A stretch of DNA of 62,739 nt from Bacteroidota bacterium (lineage in GTDB: Bacteria; Bacteroidota; Ignavibacteria; Kapaibacteriales; UBA2268): positions 1 to 62,739 of the forward strand of contig WRLB01000001.1 of the NCBI GenBank assembly GCA_009777815.1. The letters run 5' to 3'. This document shows positions 43,563-53,459 of this stretch, piece after piece. The notes beneath the pieces were generated by a model that was given only the letters and a program-made list of their open reading frames with translations, was not told the DNA's origin and did not search any database. Every line of letters begins with the position of its first letter. The first letter of the stretch is position 1. The position numbers and the translations under genes were made by a program.

Positions 43563-45956
43563 ATGTCCGAAAATACAAATCCTACAAGTATTGAAAATAA
43601 TGCTGAAAACAATATTCAAAATACTAACGTAGAACTTAATGTAACAGGAAATGAAATGGATGCCGTAAGTAAGAAAAAATCTATTTCACAAATGTTTCCA
43701 AATGTTGCAGAATTTATGGAACAAAACTTCAAACAATTTGAAATGGATGACAAAGAGTTTGAAGAATTAGCATTCAAAGATGTTCCAGAAATTAAAGAAG
43801 ATGAGTTAATTAAAGGTAAAATCGTCTCTATAACGAAAGACGAAGTGCTTGTTGATATTAATTTCAAATCATATGGAATTATACCGAAAGGCGAGTTAGT
43901 TAATTCAGAAGCATACTTCGAAGGCGAAGAAATTGATGTCTATATCGAAAAAGTAGAAGACACCGATGGAAAAATAATTTTATCACGCAGGCGTGCTGAT
44001 TTTATGCGTATATGGAAAGATATACTTGCACTTCATAAAAATCAAGAAGTGATTAAAGTTAAAATTATTCGCAAGATTAAAGGCGGAATGATGGTAGAAT
44101 TATTTGGTATAGAAGCATTTTTACCAGGTTCGCAAATAGATATTCGTCCTATCAAAGATTTTGATTCTTGGGTCGGACAGAATATTGAAGTAAAAGTAGT
44201 AAAGGTAAATAATCCTTATGAAAATGTTATCGTTTCGCATAAGATATTATTAGAAGAACTGCTTGCCGACCAGCGAATGGAAATAATGAACAGATTAGAA
44301 AAAGGTTTAGTGCTTGAAGGAGTAGTTAAAGCAATTTCTGAATTCGGTGTATTTGTTGATTTAGGTGGCATAGATGGTCTTGTCCATATTACTGACTTAA
44401 GTTGGGGTAGAGTGCAGAACCCTCGCGAAGTAGTAGAAGAAGATACAGCAGTGCGAGTAGTTGTGCTTGATTTTGATAAGGTAAAACAACGTATTGCTTT
44501 AGGTATGAAGCAACTTACACCGCATCCTTGGGATGAAATAGGTGATAAGTATGTTGAAGGAACTAAAGTAGGCGGCAAGGTAGTATCACTTACCGAATAT
44601 GGTGCTTTCATAGAAATAGAAAAAGGCATAGAAGGATTAATCCACCTTAGAGAAATGTCTTGGACACAGCACGTTAAATATGCTCACCAAGTATTGCAAA
44701 TAGGACAATATGTAGAAGCACTAGTTTTAAGTATTGATAAGTCAGAGAAAAAACTATCGCTTGGTATGAAACAATTAACACCTGACCCTTGGGAAGATAT
44801 AATTAAAAAATTCCCTATTGGTTCTAAACAACAAGGTGTTATTCGGCACTTATCTACATTTGGTGCTTTTGTTGAACTTGAACAAGGAGTAGAAGGACTA
44901 ATTTATGTAGCGGATTTGAGTTGGACTAAAAGATTTATCCATCCCGCAGAAATATTTAGAAAAGGTGATGATATAGATGTTGTAATCCTAAATGTAGATT
45001 CAGAACAAAGAAGAATATCATTAGGACATAGACAACTTAAAGAAAATCCTTGGGAGAAATTAGAAGAAGTTTATCCAGTGGGTATGGAAACTGAAGCAAG
45101 AATAGAACGTATTATAGAAAAAGGAGTTATTATTGGCTTGCCTGATGACGTAGATGGATTTGTTCCAAGTTCGCAACTTTCATTTGCACCTATAAAACAC
45201 GTTAGAAATTACTTTGAGCCAGGAGATATTTTGCCTTTAAAAGTTGTAGAATTTGATAAAGAAACTAAAAAAATTGTTCTATCTGTGGTTGAGTGTTTGA
45301 GGGGTAAAGACCAAGCAATTATAGATAAATATAATAAGCAACATCCTGTTCCTCATGCTGATAGATACTCTTCGGGTACTGAACTATCTGAACATATTAA
45401 GACGTATCAACCAGGCGACAAAGAAGTAGATGAAATAATAAAACAAGAATTTTCGTATCCTGAACTGCCTGAAGATATTGTTTCTGCTACTATACACGAT
45501 ATAACAGTAGAAAAAAATGCCGAAAAACTTGGTATGACTATAGAGGAATATAAAGAATATTTAGAAATAGAAAAAGCAAAAGAATCTGCAAAAATAGTTT
45601 CTGTTGAGGAGGTTGCTCCTGTCGTAGAAGAAGTTACTCCTGCTGTTGAGGAGGTTGCTCCTGCTGTTGAGGAGGTTGCTCCTGCTGTTGAAGAAGTTGC
45701 TCCCGCTGTAGAAGAAGTTGCTCCTGCCGTGGAAGAGGTTGCTCCTGCCGTAGAGGAAGTTGCTCCTGCCGTGGAAGAAGTTGCTCCTGATGTTGAGGAA
45801 GTTGCTCCTGATGTTGAAGAGGTTGCTGAAACAGAAGAAGTTTCTGATGAAGATGATGAATATAATGAAGATATAGTTTTTGATGAAGACGATGAATATG
45901 ATGATGATGATGAAGTTCCCGATAAAGAAAAGGAAGAACCAGCATCATTGTTTTAA
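43563..45956 (+). CDS. rpsA: 30S ribosomal protein S1 with a long repetitive acidic C-terminal extension
   Basis: 797 aa. Six S1 domains (e.g. GKIVSITKDEVLVDI, GVVKAISEFGVFVDLGGIDGLVHITD, GKVVSLTEYGAFIEIEKGIEGLIH). Tail of VEEVAPA heptads plus a D/E-rich end. Confidence 0.93.
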   Translation: MSENTNPTSIENNAENNIQNTNVELNVTGNEMDAVSKKKSISQMFPNVAEFMEQNFKQFEMDDKEFEELAFKDVPEIKEDELIKGKIVSITKDEVLVDINFKSYGIIPKGELVNSEAYFEGEEIDVYIEKVEDTDGKIILSRRRADFMRIWKDILALHKNQEVIKVKIIRKIKGGMMVELFGIEAFLPGSQIDIRPIKDFDSWVGQNIEVKVVKVNNPYENVIVSHKILLEELLADQRMEIMNRLEKGLVLEGVVKAISEFGVFVDLGGIDGLVHITDLSWGRVQNPREVVEEDTAVRVVVLDFDKVKQRIALGMKQLTPHPWDEIGDKYVEGTKVGGKVVSLTEYGAFIEIEKGIEGLIHLREMSWTQHVKYAHQVLQIGQYVEALVLSIDKSEKKLSLGMKQLTPDPWEDIIKKFPIGSKQQGVIRHLSTFGAFVELEQGVEGLIYVADLSWTKRFIHPAEIFRKGDDIDVVILNVDSEQRRISLGHRQLKENPWEKLEEVYPVGMETEARIERIIEKGVIIGLPDDVDGFVPSSQLSFAPIKHVRNYFEPGDILPLKVVEFDKETKKIVLSVVECLRGKDQAIIDKYNKQHPVPHADRYSSGTELSEHIKTYQPGDKEVDEIIKQEFSYPELPEDIVSATIHDITVEKNAEKLGMTIEEYKEYLEIEKAKESAKIVSVEEVAPVVEEVTPAVEEVAPAVEEVAPAVEEVAPAVEEVAPAVEEVAPAVEEVAPAVEEVAPDVEEVAPDVEEVAETEEVSDEDDEYNEDIVFDEDDEYDDDDEVPDKEKEEPASLF
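45603..45833 (+). repeat. In-frame 21-bp tandem repeat (about 11 units) encoding VEEVAPA heptads in rpsA
   Basis: GTTGAGGAGGTTGCTCCTGCT and synonymous variants (GAA/GAG, GTA/GTT/GTG, CCT/CCC). Confidence 0.9.
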
Positions 45957-45987
45957 TTTTACTAAAAATCTTTTTAAGTAAAATAAC

Positions 45988-46035
45988 AAGCCCCTAAAAA
46001 TTGGAAACAATTTTTAGGGGCTTTTGTTTGTTTTT
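45988..46035 (+). terminator. Rho-independent terminator after rpsA
   Basis: 15-bp stem AAGCCCCTAAAAATT / AATTTTTAGGGGCTT followed by a T-rich tail. Confidence 0.85.
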
Positions 46036-46200
46036 ATAGTATTATGTTTAATTAGAATAGCATCAAGTTACATTTAGTTTAGTCAAATAACAACTCGTTT
46101 TAGCATCACTTATACATAATATTTTAGAGTTTTCTCTTTTCTTCCAAATAATTTTGTATTTTTGTTAAATTTATTTGTATATTTTAAAAGGAAAATTAAA

Positions 46201-46617
46201 ATGTTAGAATTTCTTTTTTATTTTAAAAAATGTTTACTAAATTACGCAAACTTCGAAGGAAGAGCAAGACGTAAAGAATGCTGGATGTTTTATTTCGTAA
46301 ACATTATTATTTGCGCTATTTTAGCAGCATTTTTAATTCTTATTAATCAAAATGAAAATCAATATAGTTGGGCAATCGATATAATTTCAACATTACTTTT
46401 TTTCATTATGACAATTTACGGATTAGCAATAATTATTCCTACCATTGCAGTATCGGTGCGGCGTTTACACGATATAGGCAAAAGTGGTTGGTTTTATTTA
46501 TTATTTTTAGTGCCAATCGTTGGTTCAATTATAATGCTTGTCTTTCTTTGTAGTTCTGGCGATATTGGTGACAATAAATATGGACCTGACCCCAAAGAAA
46601 CACCAATAGTAGAATAG
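46201..46617 (+). CDS. DUF805 family membrane protein
   Basis: GRARRKECWMFY.., SVRRLHDIGKSGW, NKYGPDP. ATG at 46201, because the TTG at 46162 lies inside the TATTTTTG box at 46157-46164. Confidence 0.85.
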   Translation: MLEFLFYFKKCLLNYANFEGRARRKECWMFYFVNIIICAILAAFLILINQNENQYSWAIDIISTLLFFIMTIYGLAIIIPTIAVSVRRLHDIGKSGWFYLLFLVPIVGSIIMLVFLCSSGDIGDNKYGPDPKETPIVE

Positions 46618-46620
46618 AGT

Positions 46621-46687
46621 TATGCCGAACTCGTTTTAGCATCTCCTAATAGAAATAGAGGATACATAAATAAGTTCGGAATGACAG
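46621..46687. repeat. F1-type MITE-like element (two arms, about 67 bp)
   Basis: GCCGAACTCGTTTTAGCATCTCC ... TAAGTTCGGAATGACAG. Confidence 0.7.
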
Positions 46688-46732
46688 ATATTTTTTATAT
46701 GATTATCTATTGTTTAATAAATTATTTTTTAG

Positions 46733-46740
46733 TATATTTG
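46733..46740 (+). promoter_or_regulatory. -7 box 6 nt from the ATG of 46746..48047; leaderless candidate
   Basis: TATATTTG. Confidence 0.4.
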
Positions 46741-46745
46741 TATAA

Positions 46746-48047
46746 ATGATTTGCAATATATTATTAACTTTATTATTTGTTTTGGCGAATGCGTTTTTTG
46801 TAGCAGGAGAATTTGCTATTGTCAAAGTTCGTCTATCACAACTCAAAGTCCGAGTAAAACAAGGAAGCAAATTAGCAAAATATGCCGAAAATATAGTTCA
46901 CAATCTTGATTCATATTTATCTGCAACGCAATTAGGAATTACGCTTTCAAGTTTAGGTTTAGGATGGATAGGGGAGTCCGTAGTAAGTAAAATAATCATA
47001 TCACTATTAAGTATAATAAATGTCAGTATTTCATTAGAAGCAGCACATAGCATCGCATTACCTACTGCATTTGTGCTAATATCATTTTTGCATATAGTGT
47101 TCGGCGAATTAGCACCGAAAAGCATTGCAATAATTTATTCAGAAAATGTTACTCTTGGTTTAAGTATTCCACTTAAAATTATACATTTTGTATTCAAACC
47201 ATTCATTGTTTTGCTAAATGGAACTGCAAATCTTTTTCTAAAAATATTCGGTATTAGAGTTCAAAATGAAACTGAAGAACCACATTCTTCCGAAGAACTA
47301 CGAGTTATTATAGAAGAAAGCACAAAAGGTGGAACTATTAAAGATACCGAAAGCAAACTAATAGAAAATATATTTGACTTCAAAAGTATTCCCGTTAAGC
47401 AAATTATGATACCAAGAAATAAAATAATTGCACTGAAAAAAGATAGCGATATTAATGATATACTTAATTGTTTTATTGATTGTGGTTATTCGCGTATTCC
47501 TGTTTATGATGCAGATATAGATAATATAGTTGGAGTTATTTTTAGTAAAGATTTACTTAAATTTATCAATAGTTCTGTCCAAATTGAATTAGAAAATATT
47601 TTACGGGAGCCGATAACTCTTAATGAAGATGATTTAATTCAAGATGTATTAATAAGGATGCAAAAGACACATATTCAAATTGCTATTGTTTTGAATGAGT
47701 TTGGCGGAACAGCAGGACTAATTACATTAGAAGATATTATAGAAGAAATAGTCGGTGAGATACAAGATGAATACGATGATGAAGAAGAATTAGTAGAAGA
47801 AAAACTTGATGGGGCAGTTGATATATCTGCTTCTATTACTATAAATGACGTAAATGATGTGCTAAAAGAACCATTGCCCGAGAGCGAAGTGTATGAAACA
47901 TTAGGGGGGTATATTTTGCATTCTATCGGACGTATTCCAAATGAAAACGAACAAATTGCCATCGGACAGCATACTTTCACAATAATTGAAAGTAACGAAC
48001 GAAAAATAGAAAAAGTTAGAATAAAAGAAATTGTTCAGTTAGATTAA
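46746..48047 (+). CDS. Hemolysin/CNNM family transporter (DUF21 + CBS pair + CorC_HlyC)
   Basis: 433 aa. N-terminal 4-TM DUF21 (FFVAGEFAIVKVR, GELAPKS), CBS region, C-terminal transporter-associated domain. Confidence 0.85.
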   Translation: MICNILLTLLFVLANAFFVAGEFAIVKVRLSQLKVRVKQGSKLAKYAENIVHNLDSYLSATQLGITLSSLGLGWIGESVVSKIIISLLSIINVSISLEAAHSIALPTAFVLISFLHIVFGELAPKSIAIIYSENVTLGLSIPLKIIHFVFKPFIVLLNGTANLFLKIFGIRVQNETEEPHSSEELRVIIEESTKGGTIKDTESKLIENIFDFKSIPVKQIMIPRNKIIALKKDSDINDILNCFIDCGYSRIPVYDADIDNIVGVIFSKDLLKFINSSVQIELENILREPITLNEDDLIQDVLIRMQKTHIQIAIVLNEFGGTAGLITLEDIIEEIVGEIQDEYDDEEELVEEKLDGAVDISASITINDVNDVLKEPLPESEVYETLGGYILHSIGRIPNENEQIAIGQHTFTIIESNERKIEKVRIKEIVQLD

Positions 48048-48168
48048 AATTGTGTTTTTGCTATACTGAAAGTAAATTCTGTATGACATTTTTAGATGCC
48101 TAATTAAGATATGTTACCTATACTAATTATCAAAAAAACATTATTTTGCAAAGAAAAATATATGATAA

Positions 48169-49746
48169 ATGAAAAAATATATATTTATTTCTGTTATAAT
48201 TTTTATTGTTGCGAGTAATTATTTGTTTGCGGTTTCTGTTCGCAATTATGCTATTGCTCCGCTTAATAGATTAACTATATATTTTGACCAAATGCCCACC
48301 ATTATTGAAGATTCTCTTGCTGATGATAAACAAACTTTATATATTAATATCGGTAATGTTGATTTCAACCCTGATCAACAATTCGCTATCGGCGAAGGCA
48401 TTATTAAAAAAGTTGAACTAATAAAAACTAATAAAAGCACGAATATTGTTATATCTTTATCGGATAAGAGAGGTTTTACTATTGCTAAATTGCCTTATTC
48501 GAGAGGATTAGTTGTTGATTTTTTTGATTGGAAAAAATTAGATTCGGCTGAAGAATCTTATAGATTGGGTCTATTAAGTTTGATAGATAATTATGTAGAA
48601 ATTGCTGAACCTGACCTATTAAAAGGCACTAATGGTGGTATTGGTGATGCGGGTTTCTTTTTGGGAAGCATACATTTTAATAGAGGAAAAATAAATACTG
48701 CATTAAAATTATTTCATTTTGCTGATGTAAAAAAAACAACAATAAACGATAATTATGCCGCTTTAAGTCAAATATATAATCATAAAAAACAAGATTATGA
48801 AGCAGAAAAATATGCAAATGTTTATAAAAACAGAACGGGATTTGGTTCTGTTCCGAATATTTTATTTCCACAAGTTATAGAAACAGGTGAACAGGCAGAT
48901 TTGCTTCCTACTATTGATAGTATTATGAATGCAAATAATAAGCAGGATTTAGTTGATTCTATGCCTGACGATACAGCCGAAATTGATACTAATAAAACTG
49001 AAATAATAGATACAAATAAAATTCAAAATGACGAATCTATTTGGCAGGCAGAAAATTATTTGCTTACAAAATATGCTGTTGGTATTGCTATTGCACTAAT
49101 TTTATTTGTAGTTTATTTATATCTAAAATGGCGGAACAAACAATTATTAGCAATACAAAACCAACAAGCAAAAACTACTAATAAACAACCACAAAATCAA
49201 ACGCAAAAAAAAGAAAACTTTAATAAAATTATGGAAGAAAAAATTAAAATGACAAACCCCGTTCCTCCAAAAATTGAAAAAAAAGTTTCTAACTCAGCAC
49301 CAACTAAACAACAAAATAATGCTACTCCAAAACAAGTTATTAAGCCACCTACTTCTAAAATTGATTATTCTAAAAATGCTAATCAACTCCTTAATTTAAT
49401 TGATAAAATTAAAAATGATGATGATTTAATTACAAGCGATTCTATACTTAATTCAGAACTTTATGCATCTAATCTTAATGCTACAAAAATTAATAAACCT
49501 ATAACAAAAACACATAATCCGAATATAGATTTAGCAAGCCGTCTGCTTTTAGAACAGAAAAAATTAAAACAAGAAAAGTTATCAAATATTCCTAATAACG
49601 AGAAATTAACTCCCGATAAAATTAATGAAGTCGCAAAAAAAATTAGAATAGATAAAGGAAGTTTAGCAACAAAAAGCAATTTAGATAACTTAAAAAACGA
49701 AGACGAATTAAAAAAATTACGCGAAAAGTTTGGTATGAAAAGTTAG
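48169..49746 (+). CDS. Hypothetical membrane protein (N-terminal AMIN-like region, central TM, Lys/Asn/Gln-rich tail)
   Basis: 525 aa with signal/anchor. ..RGLVVDFFDW resembles the AMIN domain end. TM YAVGIAIALILFVVYLYL. Low-complexity C-terminus. Confidence 0.55.
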   Translation: MKKYIFISVIIFIVASNYLFAVSVRNYAIAPLNRLTIYFDQMPTIIEDSLADDKQTLYINIGNVDFNPDQQFAIGEGIIKKVELIKTNKSTNIVISLSDKRGFTIAKLPYSRGLVVDFFDWKKLDSAEESYRLGLLSLIDNYVEIAEPDLLKGTNGGIGDAGFFLGSIHFNRGKINTALKLFHFADVKKTTINDNYAALSQIYNHKKQDYEAEKYANVYKNRTGFGSVPNILFPQVIETGEQADLLPTIDSIMNANNKQDLVDSMPDDTAEIDTNKTEIIDTNKIQNDESIWQAENYLLTKYAVGIAIALILFVVYLYLKWRNKQLLAIQNQQAKTTNKQPQNQTQKKENFNKIMEEKIKMTNPVPPKIEKKVSNSAPTKQQNNATPKQVIKPPTSKIDYSKNANQLLNLIDKIKNDDDLITSDSILNSELYASNLNATKINKPITKTHNPNIDLASRLLLEQKKLKQEKLSNIPNNEKLTPDKINEVAKKIRIDKGSLATKSNLDNLKNEDELKKLREKFGMKS

Positions 49747-49759
49747 TAAGAAAGATTTT

Positions 49760-50329
49760 TTAAACTTTTCTATAGCCCGCAAATCTATTTTCCAAAGAAG
49801 ACCCTAAAATTGTTTGTATAATTACACCTTTTCCCGAAGACGAATGAATCATTTTGCCATCGCCAATAAAAATACCTACATGGTTGATAGTATTTTTTTT
49901 CTTAAAAAACACTAAATCGCCTACAACAGGACTATTAGTATGTTTAAGAAACTTAAATTGTTCAGCAGATGTGCGTGGCAAATCAATACCTACTTCTTTA
50001 TAGACATTTTTTACAAAACCACTACAATCCACTCCTGCTTTAGTATTGCCGCCATATAGATATGGTGTTCCAAGCCATTTTTCAGCAATGTTTTTAATTT
50101 TAGTTCCATTCTTGCTACTAATTTCTTTCGGATAAATTATTTTTGCTTGCGTATTATAATTTTGGTTATAATGTGTATCAATATTTTTATTTTGTGTTTT
50201 ATTGTCATTATTGCTAATATTGGTCGATTTTGCTATATTTTTATTATTAGCGAACCTAACACTTGGCTGACAACCAACTATTAGAAACAGCAAAAAACAA
50301 TTAGAAAACATAATAATTATACTCTTCAT
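49760..50329 (-). CDS. NlpC/P60 (C40) family peptidoglycan peptidase lipoprotein
   Basis: Lipobox LFLIVGC. GTPYLYGGNTKAGVDCSGFV, HVGIFIGDGKMIHSS. Confidence 0.88.
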   Translation of the reverse strand: MKSIIIMFSNCFLLFLIVGCQPSVRFANNKNIAKSTNISNNDNKTQNKNIDTHYNQNYNTQAKIIYPKEISSKNGTKIKNIAEKWLGTPYLYGGNTKAGVDCSGFVKNVYKEVGIDLPRTSAEQFKFLKHTNSPVVGDLVFFKKKNTINHVGIFIGDGKMIHSSSGKGVIIQTILGSSLENRFAGYRKV

Positions 50330-50362
50330 GCTAATATAATGTCAAATATTATGCCGAATATT

Positions 50363-50420
50363 GCTGAACTTGTTTCGGAATCTCCACAAAACAAAACACG
50401 GGGGCAAGCCCCCGTGTTAA
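50363..50420. repeat. F1 arm + F2 hairpin
   Basis: GCTGAACTTGTTTCGGAATCTCC 50363-50385. AACACGGGGGCAAGCCCCCGTGTTAA 50395-50420. Confidence 0.8.
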
Positions 50421-50437
50421 AATGTCTTGCACCGATT

Positions 50438-50638
50438 TTACGGCTGTGGTGTTATTATCAACCTGCCTTTTTTAACGTTAACTTTTTTGATGCGTTGCTT
50501 CTTGTTGGCGACATCAAATATTGCGGTTAATGATGTATTATCACCAATGTTAAAAGTATATGGATTTGCCGTTGATACTAATCCACCGCCGTCATCCCAA
50601 CCTACAAATTTGTAACCCCCATTTGGAGTTGCGTCCAC
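50438..50638 (-). pseudogene. 3' fragment of a surface protein with a Listeria-Bacteroides (Flg_new/InlB-B type) repeat, 5' part lost at the IS remnant
   Basis: ..ATPNGGYKFVGWDDGGGLVSTANPYTFNIGDNTSLTAIF matches the GYxFxGW...F repeat. No plausible start. It abuts the IS1-like sequence. Confidence 0.5.
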
Positions 50639-50639
50639 G

Positions 50640-51124
50640 GATACACTGCAAGATAATCGGGTGCCGGAAGTAATAGAGATGGACGAGATTTACACTCGTG
50701 TAAAAAAAGGGGCTTGCGAGTTCAGGTATGGGTTGCTTATTCTCGGCGGCGAAGTAAAGTTGTTGCATATACGATAGGTGCCAGCAGCAATTGCGCCATA
50801 GAACTTTACAATCTGACTAAGCGTGCAGTAGGCAATATTAGTTGTATTTACACTGATGGCAATTCAAGTTATCGGGAGCGATTTACCGATATTGGCATAT
50901 CTGATTTGCATAAAGTAGCACCGGGCAAGTCACAGACGCATCTGATAGAGAGTGTCAATAGCAGTATCCGAGACAATTTAGCTAGATTTAACAGACGTAG
51001 CAAGCGTTATAGTAAGACATTAGAAATGTTAGATAATACGCTATTATTATTTTTTCATTACAAAAAATACAAACGTCACATAAAGCGAACACTGCCAACG
51101 TTACTGAAATTGTTAAATTTATAA
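50640..51124 (+). mobile_element. IS1-family transposase remnant (N-terminally truncated, frame-disrupted)
   Basis: Frame 0 reads ..VPEVIEMDEIYTRVKKG. After the A7 run at 50702-50708 the homology continues in the -1 frame: VWVAYSRRRSKVVAYTIG..IYTDGNSSY..KSQTHLIESVNSSIRDNLARFNRRSKRYSKTLEML (InsB-like DDE region). Locally higher GC. Confidence 0.7.
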
Positions 51125-51220
51125 ATGTATTGTAGAACATCTTCTAATTCGGATAACATTTTTCGGATATTTTTCATTATTTTTGTTGTTTCTTAATAAT
51201 TCATAATAATAAATTAGAAT

Positions 51221-53317
51221 ATGACGTTTTTAAATCCTGCAGTATTATTCGGATTAATAGCAGCATCGCTGCCAATTCTATTACATATACTAAACTTGCG
51301 AAAACTTAAAACAATAGAGTTTTCATCGTTGCAATTCCTAAAAGAGATGCAAAAGAATAAAATCAGGCGGCTAAAATTGAAGCAGATAATTTTATTAATA
51401 ATTAGGACATTATTAATAGTATGTATCGTGCTTGCATTCGCTAGACCTACAATAGATAGACCTATTACGGGCTTAGATAGTTTTGCTAAATCAAGTTCGG
51501 TTATCCTAATAGATAATTCTTTTTCGCTTGATTTTTCTGATGCAAATGGTAATCGTTTTAATCAATCAAAGAAAATAATTAATGAGATTATAGATAATAT
51601 GAAAGAAGGTGAAGAAGCCACAATTATAGAATTAGCAAATATAAATGAGTTTAAAGTATATGAATTTAGTAGAAGTGTTGATTATTTGAAAGATAATTTA
51701 AGTAAATTGCAGATTTCATATCAGCCGGCAGATTTAGATAAGGGCTTGCAATTAACAGCAAAGGTTTTAGAAAATGCTAACCATATAAATAAAAATATCT
51801 TTATCATATCGGATTATCAGGCAAATGTTTTTGAGCAATCCAATATTAAAAAAATACAAACCAAACACACAAATATCTATGTTATTCCTATCGGAAATAC
51901 TAATAATTCAAATATAAAGAACCTATCAATAGATAGCATAAATATCTTATCACGTATATTTCAAATCAATAAATCAGTGGAGTTAGAGGGCGTTGTTAGA
52001 AATAGTGGCGGCGATGTAGATGCAACTATAATGAAATTATATTTCAACGGCAACAATGTAGCACAGCGAACTTTTAATATCCAATCTGAGCAAACAAGAA
52101 GTATTTCTATCGGTGCAACGGCAATAAATCCGGGCGTAGTTAGTGCTTATATTGAATTAGAAAATGATGCATTTATGGAAGATAATAAAAAGTATTTCGG
52201 TTTTATAATTCCTGATAAGCCGACAATAGCACTATTTAGCAATGATAACATAAATACTAATTTTGTTCATACCGCAATAACTTTAACAGGTAATGAGGGC
52301 TTTGCAAGGGTAAATTATTTTCCGAGCAATCAAGTAGCAAGTGCTAATTTATCGCAATTTGATTTAATAATTGTTGGCAATGGAATATATAGTTCGTCCG
52401 ACTATAAACTTATAAAAGATTATATAAACAATGGTGGTGCTGCTTTGATATTTGCTAACAATCTTACAGACCATTCTGTATTTTCTGATGCAATGTTTGA
52501 GTTTGGTTTTGGCAATGTTAAAGTAAAAGAATATTCAAAACAACAGCCAACACAATTTACTACAACAGATAAAATGCACCCATTATTTGAAGGCGTTTTT
52601 AAGATAGATAACGATTCAAGAAGCGTAGTAGAATCACCTAAAATATATAGAGCAATACCTGCATTAGATGGACAAAGTTTAATAGATATTGGCGATGGAA
52701 GTTTTTTATCCGAGAGTATTATTGGCGATGGCAAGGTTCTTTATTGTGCAGTTGCTCCTATTTTAGAATGGAGCACACTTCCTGTAACAGGCATATTTCC
52801 TACTATTGTAATTCGCAGTATTGCATATTTGGGCTCGCATCCTGAACTATCATATAACTTTGAAATAGGTAGAAATTCTACTATCCAAATCCTCAAAAAA
52901 TATGCTACAAGTAATAATTTTAAAATTATTGACCCTAATGGAAATGAGTTTTTGCGTCAGGCAGTAATGCTTCCAAGTGGTGCAATGCTTGATTTTAGTG
53001 ATATGAATTTGCCAGGTTTATATACGGTATATAATTCTAATAATGTTGTAGTAGCATTAGTAGCACTTAATTTGCAAGGTTCTGAATCAGATTTCACTAA
53101 ATATACAGACGCTCAATTATTAGAAAAATTACGTGAAAGATTTGAAGATAAAACCAAAATAGAACTAATAAATAGTGACGACAATATCAAAAAACGAATA
53201 GAATATACAAGGTCAGGCACCGAACTATGGCGTTTGTTTATATTACTTGCCTTATTACTCGCCATCGCTGAAATGCTCGTCAGAAGAGATAGCACAAAAG
53301 AAACAAAAAGTAGTTAA
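51221..53317 (+). CDS. BatA-N-terminal-domain / vWA-like membrane protein
   Basis: 698 aa. MTFLNPAVLFGLIAASLPILLHILN (aerotolerance BatA_N-type double-TM N-terminus). LIDNSFS (DxSxS MIDAS-like). C-terminal TM. TATTTTTG at 51178-51185. Confidence 0.65.
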   Translation: MTFLNPAVLFGLIAASLPILLHILNLRKLKTIEFSSLQFLKEMQKNKIRRLKLKQIILLIIRTLLIVCIVLAFARPTIDRPITGLDSFAKSSSVILIDNSFSLDFSDANGNRFNQSKKIINEIIDNMKEGEEATIIELANINEFKVYEFSRSVDYLKDNLSKLQISYQPADLDKGLQLTAKVLENANHINKNIFIISDYQANVFEQSNIKKIQTKHTNIYVIPIGNTNNSNIKNLSIDSINILSRIFQINKSVELEGVVRNSGGDVDATIMKLYFNGNNVAQRTFNIQSEQTRSISIGATAINPGVVSAYIELENDAFMEDNKKYFGFIIPDKPTIALFSNDNINTNFVHTAITLTGNEGFARVNYFPSNQVASANLSQFDLIIVGNGIYSSSDYKLIKDYINNGGAALIFANNLTDHSVFSDAMFEFGFGNVKVKEYSKQQPTQFTTTDKMHPLFEGVFKIDNDSRSVVESPKIYRAIPALDGQSLIDIGDGSFLSESIIGDGKVLYCAVAPILEWSTLPVTGIFPTIVIRSIAYLGSHPELSYNFEIGRNSTIQILKKYATSNNFKIIDPNGNEFLRQAVMLPSGAMLDFSDMNLPGLYTVYNSNNVVVALVALNLQGSESDFTKYTDAQLLEKLRERFEDKTKIELINSDDNIKKRIEYTRSGTELWRLFILLALLLAIAEMLVRRDSTKETKSS

Positions 53318-53359
53318 AACTCTTATTTTATGCGAAGGTATGCCGTTTATTTATAAAAA

Positions 53360-53416
53360 AACACGGGGATGAATCCCCGTGTTAATTGTATGTAATTCCG
53401 AACTTGTTTCGGCATC
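53360..53416. repeat. F2 hairpin + F1 arm
   Basis: AACACGGGGATGAATCCCCGTGTTAA 53360-53385. GTAATTCCGAACTTGTTTCGGCATC 53392-53416. Confidence 0.8.
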
Positions 53417-53444
53417 TTACTGATTTATATTACAAAAAAAACCT

Positions 53445-53452
53445 TATTTTTG
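53445..53452 (+). promoter_or_regulatory. -7 box 8 nt from the ridA ATG; leaderless candidate
   Basis: TATTTTTG then TAAAAAA then ATG at 53460. Confidence 0.4.
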
Positions 53453-53459
53453 TAAAAAA

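Noticed and set aside
50700-50711. Programmed -1 frameshift at the A7 run of the IS1-like gene
   Set aside because: The break lies inside the InsB/DDE homology rather than at an InsA-InsB junction, and the upstream part of the transposase is missing altogether. Decay is the simpler explanation.
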